Notes under the pieces: model-generated
What the model was told of the DNA's origin: nothing
Seen by the model: the letters and a program-made list of their open reading frames with translations, nothing else
The model's database searches: none
Position numbers and translations under genes: made by a program
Shown: positions 10,010 through 20,147 of the stretch, piece by piece
Numbering within the stretch: position 1 is the first letter of the stretch
Layout: every line of letters begins with the position of its first letter
From: an uncultured Chloroflexia bacterium
GTDB lineage: Bacteria; Chloroflexota; Limnocylindria; Limnocylindrales; CSP1-4
Direction of reading: 5' to 3'
NCBI GenBank assembly: GCA_963720755.1
Contig: CAVRGP010000011.1
Location: 224,001 to 288,000, forward strand
Length of the DNA: 64,000 bases

Positions 10010-10154
10010 CTGGGACAACCTCCTCCGACGGGTGGGACTGGTGGCGGGAGGAGGGCGAGAACGTCATCTTGTCCGGCGCCACGTATCGCCCGCTTATCTG
10101 GCCGGTCCAGCTGGTCGAAGGCGGCGCTGTGCTAGGCTCGTCATCGACAGTCTT

Positions 10155-10285
10155 GTCACGCCGCGTGGTCGCGAAGCCGGTGAGATCCCGGCACAGTCCC
10201 GCTACGGTGAGCGCTCCTTCCGGGAGAGCGCGAGTCCGGTCGCCGACCCCACGGTGCATGCTCGAACCTTCGAGAGAAAGGTAGG
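10155..10285 (+). ncRNA. Cobalamin riboswitch (compact form)
   Basis: GCGAAGCCGGTGAGATCCCGGCACAGTCCCGCTACGGTGA...GAGTCCG matches the B12-element core. It lies upstream of a btuFCD-like operon, with an extended -10 (TGC-TAGGCT) at 10130-10138. Confidence 0.85.
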
Positions 10286-10396
10286 CAGGGACCGTGCACC
10301 GCACCGGTTAGACCTTCGTTCGGATCTGATCCGAGCCCGGGGTCGAGGAGTTCGTACCTCGACCCTTCTGAGCCATCGTCCGTCGGAGGTCCGTCC

Positions 10397-11422
10397 GTGT
10401 CCCGTTCCAGGCCCGCGGCCGTCCTGGCCGCACTCGTCTTCGCCGTTGCCGCGTGTTCCGCGGCGGTGAGTCCATCGCCTCTCCCCAGCGCGCCGATCGC
10501 TGCGGCGAGCCCAACGGCGGTCGCGCCTCCCTCCGCGAGCCCAACCGCCATCGCCACGCCCGCGTTCCCGGCTGCCCTGACCGATGACGAGGGCACGGCT
10601 GTCGCGATCCCGTCCGAGCCGCAGCGGATCGTGTCGCTGACGCCCGCCTCCACGGAGATCCTGTTCGCGCTCGGAGCTGGCCCGCGGGTCGTCGCGACGA
10701 CCGACTTCGACGACTACCCCCCGGCTGCCCTGGGCCTCCCGCATGTCGCCAGCTACACGGCCGTCGACGTCGAGGCCATCGTTGGCCTCCAGGCGGACCT
10801 GGTGATCGCCGGCGGCAACTTCTTCAACCCGCCCGACGATGTCGCCCGGCTGCGGGACCTCGGCATCCCGGTCGTCGTCGTCTATGCCCCGGACGTGGCA
10901 GGCGTGCTGGCCGACATCCAGCTCATCGGCGCGGCCGTCGGTCTTTCTGGTGCCGCGACCGAGATGACGACGACGATGCAGGCCGGGTTCGATTCGGTCA
11001 CGGCAGCGACGGCCGGTCTTGACCGGCCACGGACGTTCTACGAGCTCGACACATCGACCGGGACCATCTACACGGTCGCCGACGATTCGTTCAGTGCGGA
11101 GATGGTCAGCCTGGCCGGCGGCGAGCCGATCACGACGGGCAGCGCGACCGATTACGCCATCCCGCTCGAAAACCTGATCGCGGCCGATCCACAGCTGATC
11201 CTGCTCGGTGACGCGGCGTACGGGGTGACCGTCGATCAGGTGGGGCAGCGCGCCGGGTGGGGCGTCATGACCGCGGTCAAGACCGGGGCGATCCGGCCCG
11301 TCGACGACCTCATCATCACGCGACCTGGACCTCGCCTGGTCGAGGGTCTGCGGTCGCTGGCCCTGGCCATCCATCCGGACATCGATCTGCCGCCGGCAAA
11401 GCCCATCCCGGCGACCCCATGA
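10397..11422 (+). CDS. btuF: Cobalamin ABC transporter substrate-binding lipoprotein
   Basis: Lipobox VAAC; PQRIVSLTPASTEILFALG; TRPGPRLVEG; downstream of the B12 riboswitch. Confidence 0.85.
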   Translation: MSRSRPAAVLAALVFAVAACSAAVSPSPLPSAPIAAASPTAVAPPSASPTAIATPAFPAALTDDEGTAVAIPSEPQRIVSLTPASTEILFALGAGPRVVATTDFDDYPPAALGLPHVASYTAVDVEAIVGLQADLVIAGGNFFNPPDDVARLRDLGIPVVVVYAPDVAGVLADIQLIGAAVGLSGAATEMTTTMQAGFDSVTAATAGLDRPRTFYELDTSTGTIYTVADDSFSAEMVSLAGGEPITTGSATDYAIPLENLIAADPQLILLGDAAYGVTVDQVGQRAGWGVMTAVKTGAIRPVDDLIITRPGPRLVEGLRSLALAIHPDIDLPPAKPIPATP

Positions 11423-11431
11423 CATGACGAC

Positions 11432-12514
11432 GTGACGACGCGCGATGAGACCATCGCCATGACCGTGAGCCGGACCCATCGAGTGAGCGGGTTGCGGGAT
11501 CGTCCGCTTCTCCTGCTCGGGCTTGGGCTTCTGGCGCTCGTCGTCGCCCTGATCCTGGGCGTCGGCGTCGGCACGGTCGGCATCGCGCCCGGCGACACGG
11601 TCGCGATCCTGGCCCATCGATTCCTCGGCCTGGACCTGTCGCGGACATGGTCGGATGCGAGCGAGACGATCGTGATCGAGCTCCGCCTGCCCCGGATCCT
11701 GACCGCGATGCTCGTCGGCAGCGGGCTGGCGGTCGCCGGGGCGACGTTCCAGGGGCTCCTGCGCAACCCCTTGGCCGACCCGTATGTCCTCGGGACCGCT
11801 TCGGGCGCAGCTCTCGGTGCGGCCATCGCCGTCCTCATCCCGGTGCGCTTCGTGTTCCTCGAGTTCGGCCTCATCCAGGGCTTCGCGTTCATCGGCGCGC
11901 TCGCGGCGATCTACGCCGTGTACAAGCTGTCGAGGATCGGCGGCCTCTCCCCGATGACCAGCCTGCTGTTGACCGGCTATGCCGTCGGATCGCTCCTGGC
12001 AGCCGGGCTGGCGATGGCGATGTACCTATCGGGGGCGGCGCTTCGCCAGATCTTCACCTATCTGCTCGGCAGTTTCGATGCAGCGACATGGCCCCGCTTC
12101 CTCGCCACGCTGCCGATCATCGTCGTCGCCAGCATCGCGATCATGCTCCGCGCGCGATCGCTGAATGCGCTGCTCCTTGGCGAGCAGACCGCCGCGCACC
12201 TCGGGATCGACGTGCCGCGCGAGCGGCGGATTCTGCTCGCCCTCGCCTCGCTGATCACGGCCGCGGCGGTCGCGATCAGCGGTCTCATCGGCTTCGTCGG
12301 GCTCGTGGTCCCGCACGTCGTGCGGCTGCTCGTCGGGCCGTCGGCCCGGCTCGTCCTGCCGCTGTCGGCGGTCGGTGGCGCGGCCCTGCTGGCCTACGCG
12401 GACATCGTGGCCAGGCTCGCCGGGGGGATCCCGGTGGGCGTCGTCACCGCGATCATCGGCGCCCCCTTCTTCCTGCTCATCCTCCGCCGAGCCCGAACCG
12501 GGTACGAGGTATGA
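11432..12514 (+). CDS. btuC: Cobalamin/FecCD-family ABC permease
   Basis: LRLPRI, QGLLRNPLADPYVLG, IGFVGLVVPH, IPVGVVTAIIGAPFF. Confidence 0.85.
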   Translation: MTTRDETIAMTVSRTHRVSGLRDRPLLLLGLGLLALVVALILGVGVGTVGIAPGDTVAILAHRFLGLDLSRTWSDASETIVIELRLPRILTAMLVGSGLAVAGATFQGLLRNPLADPYVLGTASGAALGAAIAVLIPVRFVFLEFGLIQGFAFIGALAAIYAVYKLSRIGGLSPMTSLLLTGYAVGSLLAAGLAMAMYLSGAALRQIFTYLLGSFDAATWPRFLATLPIIVVASIAIMLRARSLNALLLGEQTAAHLGIDVPRERRILLALASLITAAAVAISGLIGFVGLVVPHVVRLLVGPSARLVLPLSAVGGAALLAYADIVARLAGGIPVGVVTAIIGAPFFLLILRRARTGYEV

Positions 12515-13281
12515 GCGTCGTCGCCCTCGAACTGGACGCGGTGACCATCGCCTATCGGGAGCGTAGGGCGCTCATCGACGTCTCGGTGGCCATCCGGGCC
12601 GGCGAGCGGGTCGCCCTCATCGGCCCGAATGGTGCCGGCAAGTCCACCTTCCTTGCGGCGGCAACCGGCCTCCTCCGACCGATGGCCGGAGAGGTCCGGC
12701 TCGGTGGCGATCGCGTGGGTGACCTCGACCGGCTGGAGATCGCGCGGCGGCTGGCGGTCGTGCCGGGAGCCGCGAACCTGCCCTTCGCCACCCGCGTCGA
12801 GGATGTCGTGGCACTCGGCCGCCTGCCTCATGAGGACCCCTTCCGTGGACCCCGTCCGGCCGACCGCGTGGCGATCGCGGCCGCCATCGAACGGGTCGGG
12901 GTCGGCCACCTGCTGGGCCGTGACGCCCGCGAGTTGTCGCTCGGCGAGCGGCAGCTCGTGCTCCTGGCCCTGGCCGTGGCCCAGGCGGCGCCCGTGCTCA
13001 TCCTCGATGAACCGACGGTTCACCTGGACCTGCATCACCAGGTCGGGGCGATGGAACTGCTGGTGGATCTCAACGAGCGTGACGGGACGACCGTCGTCGC
13101 CGTGCTGCACGACCTTGCGCTGGCCGCCCACTTCTTTCCGCGGCTCATCCTGCTCGATGCCGGCCGCGTCGTCGCGGACGGGGCGCCTGCCGACGTGCTG
13201 GGGCCGGAACGCGTGCGCGACGTCTTTCGGGTGGATCCGTCCTTCGTTCGATTGCCCGTCGCGGCCGTCCCAGGACGGTGA
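12511..13281 (+). CDS. btuD: Cobalamin ABC transporter ATP-binding protein
   Basis: GPNGAGKST, LSLGERQ, LDEPTVHLD, VLHDL; ATGA overlap with the permease. Confidence 0.85.
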   Translation: MSVVALELDAVTIAYRERRALIDVSVAIRAGERVALIGPNGAGKSTFLAAATGLLRPMAGEVRLGGDRVGDLDRLEIARRLAVVPGAANLPFATRVEDVVALGRLPHEDPFRGPRPADRVAIAAAIERVGVGHLLGRDARELSLGERQLVLLALAVAQAAPVLILDEPTVHLDLHHQVGAMELLVDLNERDGTTVVAVLHDLALAAHFFPRLILLDAGRVVADGAPADVLGPERVRDVFRVDPSFVRLPVAAVPGR

Positions 13282-13348
13282 CCGGGCTCGGGGCGCGAAC
13301 GCGCCAGGTCGGGGAGCGCCCGGGCCGATCCCGAGCCGGGATACTCCG

Positions 13349-14158
13349 CTAGGCGGCGGGATCGTGGCGGCCCAGGTAGGGCAGGGGGCGAGTGGCGATG
13401 TCGGCGACATCCCCTTGGCCGATCGGCACGATACCGGCCCACTTGTGGGTCTCGCTTGCCAGCGTTTCGACGAAGAAGCCGTCCGTGCCGTCAAGAAGGT
13501 GCTGATAGTGGTTCGCCTGCCACCCGTCGGCCCGTCGGGTGACGGCGCGGGTATGCGCCTGGTCGGGGTTGCGGTAGTTGTACTGCTTCACCGCCAGCTC
13601 GGTGTGCCAAACGCGCATGCCGACCGGGATCACCCGCGAATGGCGAGGGATCTCGTAGTCGTATCGGCCGGTGTCGAAGAACAGCCGGTGTTCGGGGATG
13701 CCAGGCAGCATGTAGTGGCTGGCGCAGGCCTCGATCGAGGTCACGAACGGCACGTAGTCCCAGGTCGTGCGTTCCGAGACGTGCGGGAAGAAGTGATAGA
13801 GCAGCACCGAACAGGCGTCCGCATCGTCCGGGCGATCCAGCACGGTGACGCGCGGGTCGGCACTCCAGATCTCGTCGCCATGCAGCACGGCATACCAGCG
13901 GCCGATGCCGTGGGCACGTCGCGCCTCGTGGAGCAGGAAGCCGCGCGCGCCATCCCTGAGCGGGCGGGGAATGCGGGTTTCGGCATCGCGCCAATAGCCC
14001 GCCACCCGCGCGAACGAGCGGCAGATCGCCTCGGATCGGGGCTGCATCGGACCCTCGGTGCCATCCAGCACATAGATCTCGTCACAGAAGATGCTGTGGT
14101 TGCGCAGGGCCTCCTCCAGCATGTCGGTCTCGTCCTTGATCATCATCAAACCGATCAT
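13349..14158 (-). CDS. Glycosyltransferase family 2-like protein
   Basis: N-terminal MMIKDETDMLEEAL...DEIYVLDG; the DxD position reads HGDE. Confidence 0.65.
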   Translation of the reverse strand: MIGLMMIKDETDMLEEALRNHSIFCDEIYVLDGTEGPMQPRSEAICRSFARVAGYWRDAETRIPRPLRDGARGFLLHEARRAHGIGRWYAVLHGDEIWSADPRVTVLDRPDDADACSVLLYHFFPHVSERTTWDYVPFVTSIEACASHYMLPGIPEHRLFFDTGRYDYEIPRHSRVIPVGMRVWHTELAVKQYNYRNPDQAHTRAVTRRADGWQANHYQHLLDGTDGFFVETLASETHKWAGIVPIGQGDVADIATRPLPYLGRHDPAA

Positions 14159-14308
14159 GGGTCACCGTTGGAGGCGTTGTCGGCGATGGTGAGCTGGCCA
14201 GCGCGCAACCGATAGCGTACGCCCTGGCAGGCCGGGCCCCGCGTTCGACCGCCTCGTCGTCGTCGCTGTCCCCGGACCGTGACCCGCCCGGTGGCGCATC
14301 ATGGGCGG

Positions 14309-15433
14309 ATGCGGATCGCCGACTTCGCCCTCGAACGCTATTTCGCTCGCTGGGAGTTCGCAGCCCGGCATCTCCTGTGCGCGTCCGATGTGGAAGGCTA
14401 TCCGATGGCCGAGTTGCTCGACCTGGCCGACGACGAGATGCGGGGTGCGTGGGATGGGTTGCGCCTCGGCTACACCGAATCGTCCGGCCACCCGTTGCTC
14501 CGCCAGGAGATCGCCGGGCTGTACGAACGCCTCGAACCCGATGACATCCTGACCTTCGCCGGTGCCGAGGAGGCCATCTTCTGCCTCCTGAACGTCCTGG
14601 TCGGGGAGGGCGACCACGTCGTCGTGACCTGGCCCGGGTACCAGAGCCTGTACGAAATCGCCAGGGCTGCCGGTGCCGAGGTGACCCTGCACGAATTGCA
14701 GGAGCAGGATGGTTGGGCCATCGACCTCGACCGGCTGCGCGACGAGGTGGGGCCGACGACCCGGTTGATCGTCGTGAATGCGCCGCACAACCCGACCGGC
14801 ATGCTGCCCGATCGCGCCACCTTCGATGGTCTCGTGGGGATCGCCGCCGAGGCCGGCGCCCATCTCCTGGTCGACGAGGTCTACCGTGGCCTCGAGTTCG
14901 ACGAAGGCGATCGATTGCCCACCGGGGCCGACGCCCTCGAAGCGGGTATCTCGTTGGGCGTGATGTCCAAGGCCTATGCGATGGCCGGGGTACGGATCGG
15001 CTGGCTGGCAACGCGTGATCGGGACCTGCTGGCAAAGGTCGCTGCGTTCAAGGACTACACGACGATCTGCTCATCGGCCCCATCCGAGATCCTGTCGATC
15101 ATCGCGTTGCGAGCGAGCGACCGGGTGCTGGATCGCTCACGCGGGATCATCGCTGCGAACCTCGATCGGCTCGACGGCTTCTTCGACGACTGGGCCGACC
15201 GCTTCCAGTGGGTCCGTCCGCATGCCGGCTCAGTGGGGTTCCCGCGCCTGACCGTGCCGGGCGTCCGGATCGATGACTGGGCCGCCGGCCTGGTCGAGGC
15301 CGAAGGCGTCCTGCTTCTTCCCGGATCGCAGTTCGACTTCCCCGGGAACCACTTTCGGATCGGGTTCGGCCGAACGGACCTGCCGGAGGCACTGGCCCGT
15401 CTCGACGCCTACGCGCGGGCGACCCTGCGCTGA
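14309..15433 (+). CDS. PLP-dependent aminotransferase class I/II
   Basis: NAPHNPTG, VDEVY, MSKAYAMAGVRIGW, FRIGFG. Confidence 0.9.
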   Translation: MRIADFALERYFARWEFAARHLLCASDVEGYPMAELLDLADDEMRGAWDGLRLGYTESSGHPLLRQEIAGLYERLEPDDILTFAGAEEAIFCLLNVLVGEGDHVVVTWPGYQSLYEIARAAGAEVTLHELQEQDGWAIDLDRLRDEVGPTTRLIVVNAPHNPTGMLPDRATFDGLVGIAAEAGAHLLVDEVYRGLEFDEGDRLPTGADALEAGISLGVMSKAYAMAGVRIGWLATRDRDLLAKVAAFKDYTTICSSAPSEILSIIALRASDRVLDRSRGIIAANLDRLDGFFDDWADRFQWVRPHAGSVGFPRLTVPGVRIDDWAAGLVEAEGVLLLPGSQFDFPGNHFRIGFGRTDLPEALARLDAYARATLR

Positions 15434-15463
15434 TCGATCGCGGAGTGGCGATCGGGCCTGCGC

Positions 15464-16654
15464 TCAGGCTCGCTTGCGGGGGAGGTCCAGGAAGGGCAGG
15501 CCGACCACGGTCGCCTCGACCCGGCCCCGGCGCCCTTCGACAGTCCACTCGACCGCCAGCTTCGTCCCGATCGGTTCGTACTGTGGCGGCACCGAGGCGA
15601 GCGCGATCGCCTGCTTGAGGATGGGGCTCCATCCGTGGCTCGTCGCTCGACCGACCTGCCGGCCACCACCGAAGACCGGGACCGGTTCGCGGTCGACGAC
15701 CGGGCTGATCGCCGGCGGCAGACCCTGGCTGTCGTAGAGCGCCTCGATGTCGTACCAATCCAGCTGCAGGCCCACCAGTCGGCGGGCCGGACCACCGGCC
15801 TTTGCTTCGCGCTCGAGCGCGAGGCGACCGACGAAATCGCCCTTGTCGAAACTGACCAGCCGTCCCAGGCCGATCTCCGCCGGCGAATAGTGCTGCTCCG
15901 GGTTCATCGCGTGTCGGGCAGAGGTGTAGTCGACCTCCAGGAGGATGAGCCCGGCCTCAAGGCGGACGACGTCGAGCGCGAGCATGCCGGCCGGTCGGAT
16001 GGCATATGCCGTCCCGGCGGCCATCAGCGCATCCCACACGGCCACCGCGTGTTCGGTCGGGATCCAGATCTCGTATCCGAGGTCCCCGGTGTAGCCGGTC
16101 CTCGACACATCGACGGCGACGCCGGCGATGATCGACGGCCGCCGGTGGAAATAGCGCAGGTCGGCGAACGACTCGCCGCTGGCGTCCTCCAGGACAGCGC
16201 GTGACAGAGGTCCCTGGAGCGCGAGCGCGGCGGTCGCCTCGGTCTCCTCGGCGATCGCAACGTCGAGGCCGGCGCTGTTCTGGCGCAACCAGCGCAGTTG
16301 GGGGTCTGCCGCGGTCCAGCGGAACCGGTGCTCGTCGAGGCGGTGGACCGTGCCGTCGTCGACGACCTTGCCGTGCTCGTCGCACCAGGGGGTGTACATG
16401 ACGCCGCCGACGGCCAGCTTCGTCGCATCCCGGGTGATCACCCGATCGACGAGCCGGAGGGCGTCCGGCCCTGACACGATGTACTTGTAGAGCGGAGAAA
16501 CGTCGATCAGCGCCGCCGCCTCACGGATGGCGTTGTATTCGATGTCGTGGGCGTCGGCGTACACGCTTGAGGCGAAATAGCCGGACCACTCGCGCCATTG
16601 CATCTTGCGGTTGAGGGGCGAGGTGCGCGAGTGGAATGGCGTGCCGACGCTCAC
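15464..16654 (-). CDS. Aminomethyltransferase (GcvT-like) family protein
   Basis: TPFH, EYNAIREAAALIDVSPL, ALQGP, SRTGYTGDLGYEIW, RLEAG; GTG start with SD AGGAG. No gcvH or gcvP nearby. Confidence 0.88.
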   Translation of the reverse strand: MSVGTPFHSRTSPLNRKMQWREWSGYFASSVYADAHDIEYNAIREAAALIDVSPLYKYIVSGPDALRLVDRVITRDATKLAVGGVMYTPWCDEHGKVVDDGTVHRLDEHRFRWTAADPQLRWLRQNSAGLDVAIAEETEATAALALQGPLSRAVLEDASGESFADLRYFHRRPSIIAGVAVDVSRTGYTGDLGYEIWIPTEHAVAVWDALMAAGTAYAIRPAGMLALDVVRLEAGLILLEVDYTSARHAMNPEQHYSPAEIGLGRLVSFDKGDFVGRLALEREAKAGGPARRLVGLQLDWYDIEALYDSQGLPPAISPVVDREPVPVFGGGRQVGRATSHGWSPILKQAIALASVPPQYEPIGTKLAVEWTVEGRRGRVEATVVGLPFLDLPRKRA

Positions 16655-16685
16655 GGGTTGGAGCTCCTGCTGCGGTCGCCTCACA

Positions 16686-16718
16686 GTATGCAGGAATTGT
16701 ATGCAGACTGGATGGTGG
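16686..16718. promoter_or_regulatory. GTATGCAG tandem boxes, candidate operator in the divergent promoter
   Basis: GTATGCAG at 16686 and 16699. A TACAAT -10 on the minus strand overlaps them; a TATACT -10 for the ABC operon lies at 16731-16736. Confidence 0.55.
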
Positions 16719-16760
16719 GCGATGGGCCGGTATACTCCTCGCCCCTGAGGAGATCCCACG

Positions 16761-19700
16761 TTGGTTTCTGCGTTCGGCGCCTTGTCGGGCATCAGCCTCA
16801 GGCGCTCCCGGGCGGACTGGCCGATCGTCGCGTCGGCCGGACTCATCTGCCTCCTGGCCGCAACGCTCCTGGCGGCCGGGTCGATCTACGGCTCGGCTGT
16901 CGCCCAGGCCGGCCTGCAGCGGGCGCTGACCGACGCGTCAGTCGAGGATGGCGGCGTCACGGTCGTCACGCGAACCCAGCCCGGCCGGTCGGACGAGCTC
17001 GATGCGACCATCGCATCTGCGATCACGGAGGTCCTCGGGCCGGGTGCCGGCGCAGTCTGGCGGTTCGGGGAGTCGGAGACGTTCGCCTTGCCCGACCAGC
17101 CGACCGACGCCGTCCGCGATCTGGCCGTGCTCGGGTCCGCGGAAGCCCTCGCCGACCATGCGACGTTGCTCGGCGGGACGTGGTCAGACACTCCAGTGGG
17201 CGTCGCGACCCCGATCCAGGTCGCCGTCACCGACGTGGTGGCCGGCGAGCTGGGCCTGTCGGTCGGAGATCGCCTCGACATCGAGAGTCGCCTCGACCCG
17301 GGCACGGTCGTGCCCATCGAGATCGGCGGCATCTTCCGGATCGACGACTCGACGGACCCCTACTGGTGGGGTGATCCTCAGGTCCTCGACGGGCGGGTGA
17401 CCAGCCAGCGGTTCGACACCTATGGTCCGTTCTTCACGACGGACGCCGGTCTCGCCGCGGCCGCCGGTGGGAGATCCGTTCGAACGACGTGGCGAGCCGT
17501 CCCGGACGCGGCCGCGATCGACGCCGGCGATGTCGGCGCGATCCGGACCGGGCTGACCGAGCTTCCGGCGCGATTGGCGGCGGCCACCCCCAACGCGATC
17601 GATGTCCAGACGGGCCTGCCGAGCCTGTTGACCCGGACCGAACGGTCACTCCTGGTCAGCCGGACCGGTGTCCTGCTGCTGTCCCTGCAACTCGTGGTGC
17701 TGGCGGCCTACGCGGTCCTGCTGAGCGCTTCGTTGCTCGTCGAGCACCGGCGGATCGACAGCGCGACCCTCCGCTCCCGTGGCGCGGGGACGACGAACAT
17801 CGCGGTCCTGGCCGCGATCGAAGGACTCATGCTGGTGGTGCCAGCCGTGGCGATCGCCCCGATCCTGGCCGCGGCGCTGCTCCAGCTGTTCAACCTGATC
17901 GGGCCGCTTGCGGATATCGGCCTGACGCTTGAGCCGGCGATCACCCCCGACGCCTATGTCGCCGCTGCTGTGGCCGGGATCATCTGCCTTGCGGCGCTCC
18001 TCGTCCCGGCGGTGCGGGGCGCGCGCGCCGCAGCGTCCATCCACGGCGTCTTCGCCCGCGGCGAGACGCGGGGGATCGCCCAGCGCCTCGGGCTGGATAT
18101 CGCCCTGCTGGCCGTGGCGGCCATCGGACTCTGGCAACTCCGACACTACGGTGCTCCACTGACCCGGTCCGTCCACGGCGCGCTCGGGATCGATCCGCTC
18201 CTCGTCGCGGTGCCGGCACTCGGGCTCCTCGCGGGCGCCATTCTCGCCATCCGGCTCGTACCGCTCCTGGCGGTCGTCATCGAGCGGGCCTCGATCCGTC
18301 GCCGCAGTCTCGTCCCGTCTCTTGGCGCACGCCAGGTGGCCCGTCGGCCGCTGCGCTATTCGCGGGCCGCGCTCCTGCTGATGCTGGCCATGGCGATCGG
18401 CGTGTTCGCCGTTTCGTACGGCGCGACGTGGGTCGCGTCGCAGCGCGACCAGGCTGCCTTCCAGGTCGGCTCGGCGCTGCGGGTCCAACCCGGGATCGCC
18501 AGTGGTTCGATCCCTCGCTGGGCGCTGGATCGGGCCTATGCGGCGATCCCGGGTGTGGTGGCCAGCCTTCCGGTCGACCGTGAGACGATCCCGAGCGGTG
18601 GGACGCGCCAGACACAGCGACTCGTCGCGCTCGACGCGTCGACGGCTCCCTCGGTCGTCGAGCTCCGGCCCGACCTCGCGGACGCTTCCCTGGCGGATCT
18701 CATGGCGCCACTCGTGGCCGGTCGCCCGACGGTCGAGGCCGTCCGCCTCCCCGGCGAACCGCGAAGACTCCGCCTCACGATCGACTCGGATGTCCGCGCT
18801 CTCGAGGGCCCCGTGGTCGACGAGGCGACCAGGACGACTGAGATCGGACCGGTCGGACTCGACACGATCAAGGACTCGCCGGTCATCGGTCTCGCGGTGG
18901 TCGTCCGCGACGCGCGCGGCCTGCTCCACCGGTTCAGTGGTGGCTCGGCGCCGCTCGACGGCGACCCCCACGAGACGACCGTCCTCCTTGGGGACCCGGT
19001 CGATGCCGGACCGGCATCCTTCACGTACCCACTCGACCTCCTTGCCATCGAACTCTCGGTCAGCCTGCCGCCCGGGTATGAGGCACCCGACGCCTCGATC
19101 GACGTCGGCACACTGACGACGGCCGGGACCGACGGGACCTGGACATCGACGTCGCTCGAGCTGCCGAGCGGATGGCGGAGTACCGCAGCTCTTAACGGCG
19201 CTCCGCACGACCCGGTCGAGTCCGGGCTGCGCGGCCCGAGCCTGGATGTGACGACCGGCGGTCCCGGACTGCCGGTCCTTCCCGGAGCCACGGGCGAGGG
19301 TCCAGCCGTCGTCCTGACCTTTGCCCCGTCGGCGCTCGACGATCTCCGCCGCCCGGGGGCGGTCACCCCGGTCGTGGTCAGCGATCGGTTCCTCGAGGCG
19401 AACGGCCTCAAGGAAGGCGACCGACTCGGTCTGATCATCGCCGGCGAGCGGTATCCGGTCGTGGTCACCGCCGCGATCCGGGCCTTCCCGGGCACCGAAC
19501 CGACCGAGCCGGTGGTCCTGATCGACCTCGCCAGCTTGTCGTTGCTGCGCTTTGAGCGCAGCGGGATCGTCGCCCCGGCTGAAGAGTGGTGGCTCTCGAT
19601 CGGTGACGGCAGCACGGCGGCGGTGAGCGAGGCGCTCGCGGCCCCGCCCATCGCCAGTCGCAGCGTGGTCAGCGAGGCGGACCTGGGGAAGGCACTGTCG

Positions 19701-20144
19701 AGCGATCCGGTCGCGCTCGGGATCATCGGTGCGCTGGCGATCGGCTTCGTCGCGGCGGCGCTGTTCGCCCTCGTCGGGTTCATCGTCAGCGCGGCCGTCT
19801 CCGCCCGTGAGCGGGTGACCGAGTTCGCGCTGCTGCGGGCCCTCGGCCTGTCGTCCGGACAACTGTCGTTGTGGCTGTCGCTCGAGAACGCGGTCCTCGC
19901 CTCGGCCAGCCTGCTGGCCGGGACCGCCCTCGGGATCGCCATCGCCTGGGTCGTCCTGCCGTTCATCACGGTCACCCAGGGGGCCGCCACGCCATATCCG
20001 GCTGTGGAGATCGTCGTGCCCTGGAACGTGGTCGCGGTGCTCCTTGGCGCCGGGGCTGTCGGTCTGGCCGTGGCCATCGCCGGCCTGGCCTGGATGCTGC
20101 CGCGGATCGGTCTGGGCTCGGTCATGCGGATGAGCGAGGACTGA
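16761..20144 (+). CDS. FtsX/MacB-like ABC transporter permease (large)
   Basis: Two FtsX-type TM clusters (LRSRGAG; EFALLRALG) separated by large extracellular domains; TTG start with SD GAGGAG. Confidence 0.85.
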   Translation: MVSAFGALSGISLRRSRADWPIVASAGLICLLAATLLAAGSIYGSAVAQAGLQRALTDASVEDGGVTVVTRTQPGRSDELDATIASAITEVLGPGAGAVWRFGESETFALPDQPTDAVRDLAVLGSAEALADHATLLGGTWSDTPVGVATPIQVAVTDVVAGELGLSVGDRLDIESRLDPGTVVPIEIGGIFRIDDSTDPYWWGDPQVLDGRVTSQRFDTYGPFFTTDAGLAAAAGGRSVRTTWRAVPDAAAIDAGDVGAIRTGLTELPARLAAATPNAIDVQTGLPSLLTRTERSLLVSRTGVLLLSLQLVVLAAYAVLLSASLLVEHRRIDSATLRSRGAGTTNIAVLAAIEGLMLVVPAVAIAPILAAALLQLFNLIGPLADIGLTLEPAITPDAYVAAAVAGIICLAALLVPAVRGARAAASIHGVFARGETRGIAQRLGLDIALLAVAAIGLWQLRHYGAPLTRSVHGALGIDPLLVAVPALGLLAGAILAIRLVPLLAVVIERASIRRRSLVPSLGARQVARRPLRYSRAALLLMLAMAIGVFAVSYGATWVASQRDQAAFQVGSALRVQPGIASGSIPRWALDRAYAAIPGVVASLPVDRETIPSGGTRQTQRLVALDASTAPSVVELRPDLADASLADLMAPLVAGRPTVEAVRLPGEPRRLRLTIDSDVRALEGPVVDEATRTTEIGPVGLDTIKDSPVIGLAVVVRDARGLLHRFSGGSAPLDGDPHETTVLLGDPVDAGPASFTYPLDLLAIELSVSLPPGYEAPDASIDVGTLTTAGTDGTWTSTSLELPSGWRSTAALNGAPHDPVESGLRGPSLDVTTGGPGLPVLPGATGEGPAVVLTFAPSALDDLRRPGAVTPVVVSDRFLEANGLKEGDRLGLIIAGERYPVVVTAAIRAFPGTEPTEPVVLIDLASLSLLRFERSGIVAPAEEWWLSIGDGSTAAVSEALAAPPIASRSVVSEADLGKALSSDPVALGIIGALAIGFVAAALFALVGFIVSAAVSARERVTEFALLRALGLSSGQLSLWLSLENAVLASASLLAGTALGIAIAWVVLPFITVTQGAATPYPAVEIVVPWNVVAVLLGAGAVGLAVAIAGLAWMLPRIGLGSVMRMSED

Positions 20145-20147
20145 GCG

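Noticed and set aside
16655-16760. Glycine riboswitch and a true gcvT call
   Set aside because: There is no aptamer consensus and no gcvH/gcvP, so the gene is called GcvT-like only.
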